Shown in pieces: positions 10,171 to 19,699 of a stretch of DNA of 64,000 nucleotides. The position numbers and the translations under genes were made by a program. Below the pieces are notes generated by a model. That model made no database searches and was not told the DNA's origin. It saw only the letters and a program-made list of their open reading frames with translations. Numbering within the stretch: the stretch's first letter is position 1; every line of letters begins with the position of its first letter. Source of the stretch: an uncultured Candidatus Saccharibacteria bacterium (GTDB lineage: Bacteria; Patescibacteriota; WWE3; UBA101185; UBA10185); NCBI GenBank assembly GCA_964385105.1, contig CAYLMU010000002.1, forward strand, positions 53,672-117,671, written 5' to 3'.

Positions 10171-11298
10171 ATGAACAGAAAGCAGATATTGTCAGGAATA
10201 TTTTGGCTTGCAGTCTTTCTTGGAATTATACTTTTTGTTTCAGGCGTAAAGCCTACTGTAAATTTAAACTATTTAAACGAATTATCGGTATTTAAACGAA
10301 ATAACCAACCTAAAACCACAACCATTTTGCAAAATGAAATCTTGGATGAGGAATCTACAGTAATTGATGTTGTTGAAAATGTATCTCCTGCTGTTGTATC
10401 TATTGTTGTTAGAACAGTTGGTTTTGACAGGTTTACAGGGCCGTTTTCAACAGAGGATGGTATTGGTACAGGCTTTGTTGTTGATTCAGGCGGAATTATA
10501 GTTACAAACAGCCATGTTGTTGACAATATTGATGGTGAATATGCCGTTGTTACAAAAGAAGGCGAAACTTACGATGTTACAGCCGTACACCTTGATCAGT
10601 TAACTGATTTGGCCATATTAGAGGTTGATGCCGAAAATCTTACCGTGGCCAGCCTAGGTGATTCGGATACTATTAAAGTAGGTCAGTTGGCTATAGCTAT
10701 AGGAAATGCACTCGGAAGATTTAGCAACACCGTTACAACAGGTGTGGTTTCGGGTGTAACAAGAGAAGTTACAGCATCAGGTGGGCCATTTGGCGGTGAT
10801 GCAAAAACCTACGAAGATGTTATACAAACCGATGCAGCCTTAAACCCGGGTAACTCAGGTGGGCCATTGTTAAATTCATCAGGGCAAGTAATTGGAATAA
10901 ATGTTGCTACCACAAGAGGGGCGGATAATGTGGGTTTTGCTATACCTGTAAACACATTAAAACCTTTGCTTGAGTCGTTTTTGGCCGAAGGAAGAATAGT
11001 ACGGCCATATATTGGTATTGCTTATACAATAGTTTCTGAAGACATTGCTGAAATTAGGCGTATTCCACAAGGAGCTTTTATTAATCAGGTTGTAAACGAT
11101 TCACCCGCAGATGATGCCGGGTTGGAAGCAGGTGATATTATTACTAAACTTGATGGTGAAGATATAAATTCTCAAAATACCATAGCAAAATTTTTGTCTG
11201 GCAAAGACGTTGGAGATGTTGTGTCAGTTATTTTAGATAGAGGTGGTAGGGAATTAACTTTTTCATTGACTTTGGAAGAAGCACCTGAAGGTTTATAA
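10171..11298 (+). CDS. htrA: HtrA/DegP-family serine protease (trypsin-like S1C plus PDZ), membrane-anchored
   Basis: GTGFVVDSGGIIVTNSHVV (His), DLAILEV (Asp), GNSGGPLLNSSGQVIGIN (Ser) and a C-terminal PDZ. Confidence 0.85.
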   Translation: MNRKQILSGIFWLAVFLGIILFVSGVKPTVNLNYLNELSVFKRNNQPKTTTILQNEILDEESTVIDVVENVSPAVVSIVVRTVGFDRFTGPFSTEDGIGTGFVVDSGGIIVTNSHVVDNIDGEYAVVTKEGETYDVTAVHLDQLTDLAILEVDAENLTVASLGDSDTIKVGQLAIAIGNALGRFSNTVTTGVVSGVTREVTASGGPFGGDAKTYEDVIQTDAALNPGNSGGPLLNSSGQVIGINVATTRGADNVGFAIPVNTLKPLLESFLAEGRIVRPYIGIAYTIVSEDIAEIRRIPQGAFINQVVNDSPADDAGLEAGDIITKLDGEDINSQNTIAKFLSGKDVGDVVSVILDRGGRELTFSLTLEEAPEGL

Positions 11299-11317
11299 CT
11301 TTTTGCGTCTTTAGTCT

Positions 11318-12310
11318 TTAGTTATTTTCAGTGTTTTCGTTTTCGGTTGATACTTCTTCATCAAGCTTGGAAGTATCATTAAGTAGAGTTTCAATATTTC
11401 CCATCATTACAGACTCCATATTATGCCAGTTTTTTCCTAGTCTGTGATCTGTTATACGGTCCTGCGGAAAGTTATATGTACGTATTTTTTCGCTTCGATC
11501 ACCAGAGCCCACCTGATTTGACCTTAAATCCTCGATTTTTTGTACTTTTTGTTCATGCATTAATGTGTATAACCTGGATTCAAGCATTTTCATAGCTTTT
11601 TCGCGGTTTTTAAGCTGTTGTCTTTCTTCTTGGCATTCAACAACGAGTCCGGTAGGTAAGTGGGTAATTCGCACTGCGGTAGATACTTTATTTACATTTT
11701 GACCTCCGTGTCCTCCGGCTCTAAAAAAATCAAGCTTAATATCTTCAGGCTTAATTTCTATATTTGTTTTTTTCAGTTCCGGCAATACGGCCACAGTTGC
11801 TGTTGACGTGTGTATTCTGCCGGCTGACTCGGTTTTGGGAACTCTTTGTACTCTGTGTACACCGGACTCATTGTGAAGTAATTTATACACCCCTCTTCCG
11901 GATATTCTTACCGATGCAGTTTTAATTCCACCGGCTTCATTTTCTGAATAAAAGACTTCTTCTAATTTCCAGTTGGATTTTTCGGCAAACCTTGTGTACA
12001 TGTTATATAGATCTAAAGCAAATAATCCTGCTTCATCACCACCGGTACCTGCACGAACTTCTAAAATCACCACATTTTGATTTATATGGCTATTTACATC
12101 ATCACCATTATCGCTGTCTTCAAACTCACCATTCATGACTTTTATGCTATTTTGATAATTTTTAACCTGATTTTCAAGCGAAGTAATTTCTTCCTGAAAC
12201 ATCTTTTTCATATCGGCATCCTGCTCGTTTTCAAACAGCCTCTTATTTTCTTCAATTTGACCTTGAAGTGCCTTTATTTCGTTTTCTAAGTTTGTAATTA
12301 CTGAATCCAC
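11318..12310 (-). CDS. prfA: Peptide chain release factor 1 (PKT tripeptide plus GGQ), with N- and C-terminal extensions
   Basis: [26 protein letters not shown] and [24 protein letters not shown]. Confidence 0.85.
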   Translation of the reverse strand: MDSVITNLENEIKALQGQIEENKRLFENEQDADMKKMFQEEITSLENQVKNYQNSIKVMNGEFEDSDNGDDVNSHINQNVVILEVRAGTGGDEAGLFALDLYNMYTRFAEKSNWKLEEVFYSENEAGGIKTASVRISGRGVYKLLHNESGVHRVQRVPKTESAGRIHTSTATVAVLPELKKTNIEIKPEDIKLDFFRAGGHGGQNVNKVSTAVRITHLPTGLVVECQEERQQLKNREKAMKMLESRLYTLMHEQKVQKIEDLRSNQVGSGDRSEKIRTYNFPQDRITDHRLGKNWHNMESVMMGNIETLLNDTSKLDEEVSTENENTENN

Positions 12311-12387
12311 GTTGGGAATTATATCATTTTTAGGGGTGATGGTAAGCCGAGTATGTGTATATTTTCCCGGCTTACCTTATGTTTTGC

Positions 12388-12495
12388 TTACTTTTTTGCT
12401 TTTTTTCGGGTGTCTAAAATAAAGCCGACCACAAATATGCCCAATAAAATCACAATTAAACCAGCACAAGTTAAATTAATAATCTCAGTTTCCAT
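12388..12495 (-). CDS. Unannotated small membrane peptide (35 aa), METEIINLTCAGLIVILLGIFVVGFILDTRKKAKK
   Basis: My own translation. GGAGGTG SD 7 nt upstream of the ATG (+ strand ttccatcagcgcacctcctcg); one predicted TM helix; TAA stop. It is below the 60-aa track cutoff. Confidence 0.45.
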   Translation of the reverse strand: METEIINLTCAGLIVILLGIFVVGFILDTRKKAKK

Positions 12496-12593
12496 CAGCG
12501 CACCTCCTCGCAACACATTTATGTAAATATGCAAAGACTAGAATTTTGTTGATTATATAACTTATAGGTTAGTTGGACAACTGTGGTAGTTTC

Positions 12594-12670
12594 TGGTGGG
12601 TCTGGATGGACTCGAACCATCGACCTTTCCCTTATCAGAGGAACGCTCTAACCGCCTGAGCTACAGACCC
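12594..12670 (-). tRNA. tRNA-Ile (anticodon GAU) with encoded CCA
   Basis: Reverse complement is gggtctgtagctcaggcggttagagcgttcctctgataagggaaaggtcgatggttcgagtccatccagacccacca. It shows a 7-bp acceptor stem, a D-arm, a TTCGAGT T-loop and the anticodon loop cuGAUaa. Confidence 0.85.
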
Positions 12671-12721
12671 TTGGTGACCCATTTTGCACCCTCTATCTTA
12701 TCATAAATTATAAAATTAAGG

Positions 12722-13795
12722 CTATATTTTAGCGAGTTTTTCGGTTAATCGCGTATAAAATCGCATATTGTGAATTGTTGCGAGACGGTAGGCAAGTGTG
12801 TCGTTTATTTTAAATAAATGATGTAAATATGCCCGTGTAAAGTTTTTGCACGAATGGCAGTCGCAGCTGGCATCAATAGGCGAGGTGTCAACTTCAAAAA
12901 TCTTTTTGTTAATGTAAATGTAGCTATAAAAATCACCAGCCAAGTCTTCACCGGTATAGATATATAGTCTTTTGTGTCTGGCATCACGTGTGGGTAATGT
13001 GCAGTCAAAAATTTCCCATCCTGATTTATGGCACCCAACTATGTCATCGGGTTTTCCGACTCCAAGTGCAAATTTATACTTATCGTCCGGTATTAAATTT
13101 GCCACAAAACCGGATAGTTCCATGTCGAGTTTATTTGTAACCTGGTCAACAACATATCCGCCATAACCGTAACCGTCAAATCCAATTTCAATTAATTTTT
13201 CTGCGCAATATGTTCGCAATTTTTTGTCCCAACCTCCTTGAATAACTGCAAAGAGCAGGGGACGGGTATTTTCGGTCATATTTTGAGCTTGTACAATTTT
13301 ATTGAATTCATTTTTTGAACGTTTGGCCCACAAAATAGTTCTTTCTACGCTCTCTTCAATTTCGGCTGTGCTTGCAAGGGGAGAGGTAAAGTCGTCTAAA
13401 CAAATAATAATATCCGAACCTATACTAAATTGTGTTTGAATGGATTTTTCAGGTGTAAAGATTTGGTTGTTTTTGTTGCTAATGGTAAATAAAACACCTT
13501 CGTCTGTAATTTCACCCGGCAAATTACTGCGATGTATTAAAGAAAAAACCTGCCAACCTCCTGAATCAGACACTACAAGCCCGTCAAAGTTCATTAAACC
13601 CTTTACCCCGCCTAATTGTTCCAAAGCTTCTGTCCCCGGCGTGTGCATTAAATGATATGTATTCACAACAACACCACGAATATGGGCATTTTTAGCGTCT
13701 ACTGAGTCTGCGCTTTTAATAACAGCACGTGTTGCATCCGGTAAAAATATAGGTAAATCATATGTTTTACCTTTAATATTTAAAGTTTTGTTCAT
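12722..13795 (-). CDS. tgt: Queuine tRNA-ribosyltransferase
   Basis: LPIFLPDATRAVIKS substrate pocket and a C-terminal CDCHSCKNFTRAYLHHL zinc site. Confidence 0.85.
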   Translation of the reverse strand: MNKTLNIKGKTYDLPIFLPDATRAVIKSADSVDAKNAHIRGVVVNTYHLMHTPGTEALEQLGGVKGLMNFDGLVVSDSGGWQVFSLIHRSNLPGEITDEGVLFTISNKNNQIFTPEKSIQTQFSIGSDIIICLDDFTSPLASTAEIEESVERTILWAKRSKNEFNKIVQAQNMTENTRPLLFAVIQGGWDKKLRTYCAEKLIEIGFDGYGYGGYVVDQVTNKLDMELSGFVANLIPDDKYKFALGVGKPDDIVGCHKSGWEIFDCTLPTRDARHKRLYIYTGEDLAGDFYSYIYINKKIFEVDTSPIDASCDCHSCKNFTRAYLHHLFKINDTLAYRLATIHNMRFYTRLTEKLAKI

Positions 13796-13798
13796 GAA

Positions 13799-14119
13799 TT
13801 ACTCTTCTGACGTGGTGGTTTGCGCTTCTTTAAGCATTTCTTTTAGAGAAACCGGTTTTGAGGTGGTTTCTTTTGCGGTTTTACTCTTTTTGCTTGATTT
13901 TTGTTCTGCAGCTTTTTTGGCCAAATCAAGTTTTTTGTTGTATTTGTCGATTCTACCTTCTGTGTCAATTAATTTTTGTTTACCGGTGTAAAGCGGGTGA
14001 CATGCACTGCATATATCTACCTGCAAGCTTTCACTTGTTGATTGTGTTACAAAAGTATTCCCGCAGGCACAAGTTACCGTAACCTGGTCATGTATTGTGG
14101 GATGAATTCCTTTTTTCAT
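13799..14119 (-). CDS. rpmE: 50S ribosomal protein L31 with a Lys/Glu-rich C-terminal extension
   Basis: MKKGIHPTIH...CACGN...CSACHPLYTGKQK. Confidence 0.85.
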   Translation of the reverse strand: MKKGIHPTIHDQVTVTCACGNTFVTQSTSESLQVDICSACHPLYTGKQKLIDTEGRIDKYNKKLDLAKKAAEQKSSKKSKTAKETTSKPVSLKEMLKEAQTTTSEE

Positions 14120-14145
14120 AGCGTGTGACAGTATAACAAAAATTA

Positions 14146-15153
14146 TTATTTATGGCTACTCTTGCTTTTTAGTTTATATTTTTCTGCTATGAATACACCA
14201 AATGCTATTATAGCCGAGCCAATAATATTAGTTTTGGTAGGAACCTCACCAAGTAAAAGATATGCGAATGGTAGAGTAAATAAAGGCATCAAATATCCAA
14301 ATATGGCGGTATCTACAGCATCTGCGTGTTTCAAACCCCATCCGAATGCAATGTATGCAATTATAGACGAAAATACAGACATATATAAAATACCAATTAT
14401 TGGAACTGCAGTTAAATTAGAAGGATCAAAACCTGAATATCCGAAAAAACCGGTTGATTCAAGAAACGCAAATGGAATAATGGTTACAAGTGCCACGTAA
14501 AATGTAAACGAAGTATGTAATATAGGTGAATAAGATTTTTTCATGGGTTTAATTCGTAGTTTTTTAAAAAAAGAACTTACTGTTTGAGTGTTTTTTCCCA
14601 TTACAACTTTTGAAAAAACCACATATGCCGTGAATGCAATAGAATAAAGAATTGCCATACTATTACCAAAAAGCCTGTTTTCGGCTAAAACCTGATTTTC
14701 AATAGAAAGCACCGGTACAACGGCAACAATTAAAGTACCAATTAGTGCGGTTATAATTCCTAATTCGGCGATTTTATTTAATTTTTCATTAAAAAAGTAA
14801 TGACCTGCAGCAATAACCAAAATAGGGGCTGCAGTTTCAATAAGAACAGTATCAATTGCAGTTGTGTATTTAAGACTGAAAAATACAAATATAATGCTGG
14901 TTTGACCAAGAATGCCAAGCCAAATTAAATTTTTAACATCATCCAAATGAATCGGATTTTTTTTAAGTTCAAAAACCATTATCGGAAGCACAAAAATACA
15001 TGCAATGACAAATCGGTAAAGTAAAAAGGCAAAAGGTGGAATGTAATCTAAAGTGAGCTTAATAACAGGTGTTGCACCGCCCCATAATAAAGTAGATAAA
15101 ATGAGTGCAATATAAGGTAAGTATAACGAATTGTGGGGCAGTTTCTTAGACAT
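14146..15153 (-). CDS. DMT-superfamily (EamA-like) transporter with about 10 TM helices
   Basis: Duplicated EamA-like halves; LLWGGATPVIK start. Confidence 0.65.
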   Translation of the reverse strand: MSKKLPHNSLYLPYIALILSTLLWGGATPVIKLTLDYIPPFAFLLYRFVIACIFVLPIMVFELKKNPIHLDDVKNLIWLGILGQTSIIFVFFSLKYTTAIDTVLIETAAPILVIAAGHYFFNEKLNKIAELGIITALIGTLIVAVVPVLSIENQVLAENRLFGNSMAILYSIAFTAYVVFSKVVMGKNTQTVSSFFKKLRIKPMKKSYSPILHTSFTFYVALVTIIPFAFLESTGFFGYSGFDPSNLTAVPIIGILYMSVFSSIIAYIAFGWGLKHADAVDTAIFGYLMPLFTLPFAYLLLGEVPTKTNIIGSAIIAFGVFIAEKYKLKSKSSHK

Positions 15154-15185
15154 ATAAACAATAGTTATGTTAACATATACCTGCT

Positions 15186-15833
15186 ATGGAAATCACCTAC
15201 ATTGGACATGCATGTTTTGAAATAAAAGGCGAAAAGACCACAATTGTAATAGACCCTTATGATAAACAAATAGGGTATGATATGCCAGAAATGAAAGCAG
15301 ATATACTTATTACTTCACATGATCACTTTGATCATTCAAACATTGATGCAGTTTCCGGATACAAATTATTAATAAACGGACCGGGTGAGTACGAGGTAGA
15401 CGGAACATTTATTTATGGTTTTTCAACATTTCATGACGCCAAAGGTGGGGAAGAGCGGGGTAAAAATACTGTTTATTTAATAGACATTGACGGATTTAGT
15501 TTGGTTCATTTAGGTGATTTGGGGCATGAGTTAAGTAAAGATACACTAGAAAAAATTTCAGAAGTTAGTGTTTTAATGGTTCCAGTAGGGGGAATATTTA
15601 CAATTGATGCAAAAACAGCCACAAAAGTAATTTCATCCCTTGAGCCGGGAATAGTTATTCCGATGCATTATCAAACAAAAGATTTGAAAATAGGTGAAAC
15701 ACTTGCCGGAGTTGATAAGTTTTTGGACGAAATGGGCATTGATGATGCAAAACAGGCAAAAAGCCTCAAATTGAAAAATCTTAAAGATGTTCCTGAAGAG
15801 ACAGAAGTTGTTGTTTTAAAGCCTTCTAGTTAA
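15186..15833 (+). CDS. Metallo-beta-lactamase-fold hydrolase (UPF0173-like)
   Basis: ITYIGHACFEI...ITSHDHFDHS metal-binding motif. Confidence 0.7.
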   Translation: MEITYIGHACFEIKGEKTTIVIDPYDKQIGYDMPEMKADILITSHDHFDHSNIDAVSGYKLLINGPGEYEVDGTFIYGFSTFHDAKGGEERGKNTVYLIDIDGFSLVHLGDLGHELSKDTLEKISEVSVLMVPVGGIFTIDAKTATKVISSLEPGIVIPMHYQTKDLKIGETLAGVDKFLDEMGIDDAKQAKSLKLKNLKDVPEETEVVVLKPSS

Positions 15834-15890
15834 GTTTTAAAAAAGAGAGTGACCCCAAACTGTTTTGTTTAAGGTCACATGAATATTATT

Positions 15891-16097
15891 TTACGTCAGG
15901 GCTTTTCGAGCAATTTCTACGCCAGCAATTACTCCCAAGCTAAACGCACTAACAATCCAAAATATTGTAAGTGCAGTAATAGCCTCAGGGGCTTGAGCCG
16001 TGAATATAATTGCAAATAGTGTGGATATAAAAAAGAATATCCTAACTGCAACTTGTGCAACTTGTAATCTAAGGTTTAACATTCTCTTGTCAATCAT
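15891..16097 (-). CDS. Small membrane protein (68 aa when started at MIDKRML)
   Basis: AAAGGAGAGGG SD upstream of the internal ATG at 16097. The track ORF runs on to 16193 but has no SD there. Two hydrophobic helices. Confidence 0.45.
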   Translation of the reverse strand: MIDKRMLNLRLQVAQVAVRIFFFISTLFAIIFTAQAPEAITALTIFWIVSAFSLGVIAGVEIARKALT

Positions 16098-16226
16098 CGG
16101 AACACCCTCTCCTTTTTGATCAGGTTTTTGTACATTATAGGCGTAATTAAGCCTATAGTCAATAAAAAGAAAAAAAAGAGCCCCAATCTTCACTTTGCTT
16201 TCGCATTGTGAAGTGAGGCTATATTT

Positions 16227-16421
16227 TTACCACTTATTTCTAAAAAGTGGCGATACTGCGTTTCTCAGTTCTACCTCTTTCATTTCTCCTGTGCCCTCCC
16301 CATTTTTTCCTGTTGCCCTTTCTAACCTGATTGTTCCATCTCTTCCCATATTTACACATAGTGTATTCCAGGCATGTAGGTTCTGTAACGCCTTTGATTT
16401 GGGGGTATCACGTTTTGCCAC
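16227..16421 (-). CDS. Small hypothetical protein (64 aa), GTG start
   Basis: TAAGGAGGT SD 5 nt upstream of the GTG; it lies upstream of, and in operon position with, the 15891-16097 gene. Confidence 0.45.
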   Translation of the reverse strand: MAKRDTPKSKALQNLHAWNTLCVNMGRDGTIRLERATGKNGEGTGEMKEVELRNAVSPLFRNKW

Positions 16422-16512
16422 AACAGACCTCCTTATGATTATGTGGGTATTTGGCGCAATTATATAACATCCTATAGGGTAGAATCAACTGATTAGAAAT
16501 AAAATCCATGCA

Positions 16513-17865
16513 GTGTATAATATGCGTATGCCCAGGCAAGAAGTAAAAAAAACAATGACAACAGGAGTTCCACCTCATGATCTTGAGGCTGAAAAATCAG
16601 TGCTTGGCGCGGTTTTAATAGACCGTGATGCAATTGTTAAAGTAGTTGAGTTTTTACGTCCAAGACATTTTTATAAAGACGCACACGCTAAAATTTTTGA
16701 GGCTATTTTAAATTTGTATGAAAAGCGAGAACCTGCTGACCTTATTACAGTTCCTAATGAGCTAAAAAAGATGAATGTTTTGGATAGTGTTGGCGGGGTT
16801 TCATATTTAACCGAGTTGGTGAATACGGTTCCCACGGCTGCAAATGTTGAGCATTATGCCCATTTAATAAGGGATGATTCTGTAAAACGTTCGCTTTTAA
16901 CAATTTCCGGTGAAATTGGAAGTATGGTATTTGAAGAACCGGAAGTTAGTTCTTTATTAGATAAAGCTGAACAGTTGTTGTTTTCGGTATCTCAAGATAG
17001 GGCTCATCAGGATTTTGTTGCGGTTAAAGAAACTTTAGAGGTTACATTTGAAAGGCTTGATGAATTAAGTAAGACCCGTGGAGCATTAAGAGGCGTACCC
17101 ACAGGGTTAAAAGGATTAGACAGGCTTTTATCGGGATTACAAAAAGAAGAGCTCATAATTTTGGCAGCACGACCGTCTGTAGGTAAATCCTCGTTTGCCA
17201 TAAATATTGCACAGCACGCAGCAACCAAGAAGAATGTTGGAATTGCTATTTTTTCTTTAGAAATGGGACGCGAGTCAATTGTAGATAGAATGATATCAGC
17301 ACAAGGCGAAATTGATAACTGGAGAATTACAACCGGTAATCTTGAAGAGGAAGATTTTGAAAAGTATTCTATGGCAGCGGGGGAACTTGCTGATGCTCCG
17401 ATATTTATTGACGATACCCCCGGCTTAAGTGTTTTAGAAATGAGAACAAAGGCCAGAAGATTACAACTTGAGCATGAAATTGGACTAATCGTTGTAGACT
17501 ACTTACAGCTTGTGAAAGCTCCAAATGCAGAAAGCCGAGTACAAGAGGTATCCAAAATATCACAAGGATTAAAAAATCTTGCCAGAGAGCTAAAAGTACC
17601 TGTTTTGGCATTGTCACAGTTATCAAGGGCGGTAGAACAGAGAGGTGGAGATAAAAGACCACAATTATCTGATTTACGTGATTCAGGATCTATTGAACAG
17701 GACGCCGATGTGGTTATGTTTTTGTATCGTCCAGATGAAGAAGATAGAGACAATTTACAATTATTGATTGCAAAACACCGAAATGGTCCAACTGGCGAGT
17801 TGCCATTATTTTTTAAGTCCGACCGCACCAGATTTTATGAGGCGGCTCAAGCCCCACAGCAATAA
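16513..17865 (+). CDS. dnaB: Replicative DNA helicase DnaB, with no intein
   Basis: N-terminal DLEAEKSVLGAVL; Walker A ARPSVGKSSFA; IVVDYLQL; RecA-like C-terminal domain. Confidence 0.9.
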   Translation: MYNMRMPRQEVKKTMTTGVPPHDLEAEKSVLGAVLIDRDAIVKVVEFLRPRHFYKDAHAKIFEAILNLYEKREPADLITVPNELKKMNVLDSVGGVSYLTELVNTVPTAANVEHYAHLIRDDSVKRSLLTISGEIGSMVFEEPEVSSLLDKAEQLLFSVSQDRAHQDFVAVKETLEVTFERLDELSKTRGALRGVPTGLKGLDRLLSGLQKEELIILAARPSVGKSSFAINIAQHAATKKNVGIAIFSLEMGRESIVDRMISAQGEIDNWRITTGNLEEEDFEKYSMAAGELADAPIFIDDTPGLSVLEMRTKARRLQLEHEIGLIVVDYLQLVKAPNAESRVQEVSKISQGLKNLARELKVPVLALSQLSRAVEQRGGDKRPQLSDLRDSGSIEQDADVVMFLYRPDEEDRDNLQLLIAKHRNGPTGELPLFFKSDRTRFYEAAQAPQQ

Positions 17866-17978
17866 TACTCATTATTTTATAATTGTTTGATATAATAGCT
17901 TTGCGCTAAATAAGGCCTCTAGGTTTGGCCTCTGGATATTGTAAAATGCCAAACTTTAAGTTTTTATTGTGCCTTTTT

Positions 17979-18067
17979 GCCGTGGTGGCGGAACCGGTAT
18001 ACGCGTTGGTCTCAAAAACCAATGGGAGTAATTTCCCATGTGGGTTCGACTCCCACCCACGGCACCA
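17979..18067 (+). tRNA. tRNA-Leu (anticodon CAA), class II with a long variable arm, encoded CCA
   Basis: gccgtgg...ttggtCUCAAaaaccaa...tgggagtaatttccca...gtgggttcgactcccac ccacggc acca. Confidence 0.8.
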
Positions 18068-18148
18068 GATACTTAATGAACGTAGTGAATTTAGTTAGCC
18101 CGAGTGCAATAGGAGCGTTAGCGACAAATTGCCACCAAAATATTACAT

Positions 18149-18700
18149 ATGCAAGCAAACGACTTAAAAACAGGAACAATATATAAAGAATCAGGAACAC
18201 CTTTATTGGTGTTAAAGTATACGCATACAAAAGTGGCACGGGGTGGAGCAACAGTGAAGGTTAAGGTAAGAAATTTACTCACTGACGCTGTTATTGAAAG
18301 AAACTATAAAGCAGGGGATCATGTTGAAGAAGCTGATGTTATGAGAAAAAATGCTCAGTACATTTACGAAGATAATGGGTATGTTTTTATGGACCCTGAT
18401 TCTTATGAGCAGTTTACTGTTAAACCAGATGCAATCGGTGAGAGTGCAAGATTTTTAAAGGAGGATACCAGGGTTCAAGTGATGTATTTTGAAGGTGAGC
18501 CCGTTTCAATTGAATTACCAATAAAAATGGAGTTTGAGGTTGTTTATACAGAACCCGGCTATAAGGGAAATACTGTTTCAAACGTGTTAAAGGATGCTGA
18601 GCTTGATAACGGTGCAACAGCAAAAGTACCATCATTTATAAAAAAGGGCGATAGGGTTATAATTGACACCAGAAGCGGTGAATATATTTCTAAAGCCTAG
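18149..18700 (+). CDS. efp: Elongation factor P. Arg occupies the loop position corresponding to the modified residue (loop TKVARGGAT)
   Basis: Aligns to EF-P along its whole length; KOW-like N-terminal domain plus two OB domains. Confidence 0.85.
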   Translation: MQANDLKTGTIYKESGTPLLVLKYTHTKVARGGATVKVKVRNLLTDAVIERNYKAGDHVEEADVMRKNAQYIYEDNGYVFMDPDSYEQFTVKPDAIGESARFLKEDTRVQVMYFEGEPVSIELPIKMEFEVVYTEPGYKGNTVSNVLKDAELDNGATAKVPSFIKKGDRVIIDTRSGEYISKA

Positions 18701-18712
18701 CTTTAAATTATA

Positions 18713-19699
18713 ATGAATTTATTACCCGAATATTTTGATATACAGTCATTTAGAATTAGCACTGCAGCAATCTTTTTTGGACTAAGCTTTTTTACCGCGC
18801 TTTTTGTTTATTGGCATGAAACACGTCGTGATGGATTTGAAGAAGAAAGAGCTTTTGACCTATTTATATTTTTGAGTATATTTTCTTTGATTTTTTCAAG
18901 AATTGTAGATGGACTATTAAGTAATATTCCAGTCTCAGCACTTGTTTTTCACGTTATATATTTTTGGCGAGATGGGTATAGCATATGGGGAGCAATTATT
19001 GGAAGTATGATTCCGCTTTTTTTTCTAACAAAAAAGTGGAAATGGTCAATTTTTAGAATTTCAGATACCTTGTCTTTATCTTTATCTATTGGGTTGGCAG
19101 TTTATTTGTTGGGGTCTGCTGTTACTTACAATTATCCAAAATACATAGTTTTGTCTTTTGTTTTTTTTACACTTTATATAATCCTATCTAAAATAAGACT
19201 AAAATATAAATCCGGTTTGGCAACATCGGTGTTTTTGGCAATAAACGCAGTAATTTGGCCCGCATATAACTTGGAGTATTTGCCATTTTCAGCAGTATTA
19301 ATTACAATTAGCGTAGTAAATCTTTACTATAGAGAAAAGAAAAATCCTATGAACTCCAAATTACCGGCAAATTTTATAAAAAATATCAAAAATATATTAA
19401 AGAAAAAAGAAGCAGAAATTGAAACTGAGCAAACTCAGTTATTAAGTGAAGACCCATACTTAGCAGAAGGAAGAGACTCTGTAGATGAATATCTTGACGA
19501 TGCAAAAGAGGATGAGTTTAAAGCTGTAAATGATTTGAGACTGGCTTCTTTGGCTACAATAAAAAGACAAGTAAGAAAAGCATTAGGTAAAATTAATATT
19601 GGTTCTTATGGAATTTGTGAAGTTTGCGGTGAGCCTATTAATAAAGAACGTTTAATTGCATACCCTGAAGCTACAACCTGTGTTAAACACGGTGAATAA
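18713..19699 (+). CDS. Polytopic membrane protein with a C-terminal DksA/TraR-type C4 zinc finger
   Basis: About 230 aa of TM helices, then ...LGKINIGSYGICEVCGEPINKERLIAYPEATTCVKHGE. Confidence 0.55.
   Translation: MNLLPEYFDIQSFRISTAAIFFGLSFFTALFVYWHETRRDGFEEERAFDLFIFLSIFSLIFSRIVDGLLSNIPVSALVFHVIYFWRDGYSIWGAIIGSMIPLFFLTKKWKWSIFRISDTLSLSLSIGLAVYLLGSAVTYNYPKYIVLSFVFFTLYIILSKIRLKYKSGLATSVFLAINAVIWPAYNLEYLPFSAVLITISVVNLYYREKKNPMNSKLPANFIKNIKNILKKKEAEIETEQTQLLSEDPYLAEGRDSVDEYLDDAKEDEFKAVNDLRLASLATIKRQVRKALGKINIGSYGICEVCGEPINKERLIAYPEATTCVKHGE

Noticed and set aside
17977-18251. Two short ORFs on opposite strands
   Set aside because: They overlap the tRNA-Leu(CAA) gene and the efp start and have no SD.
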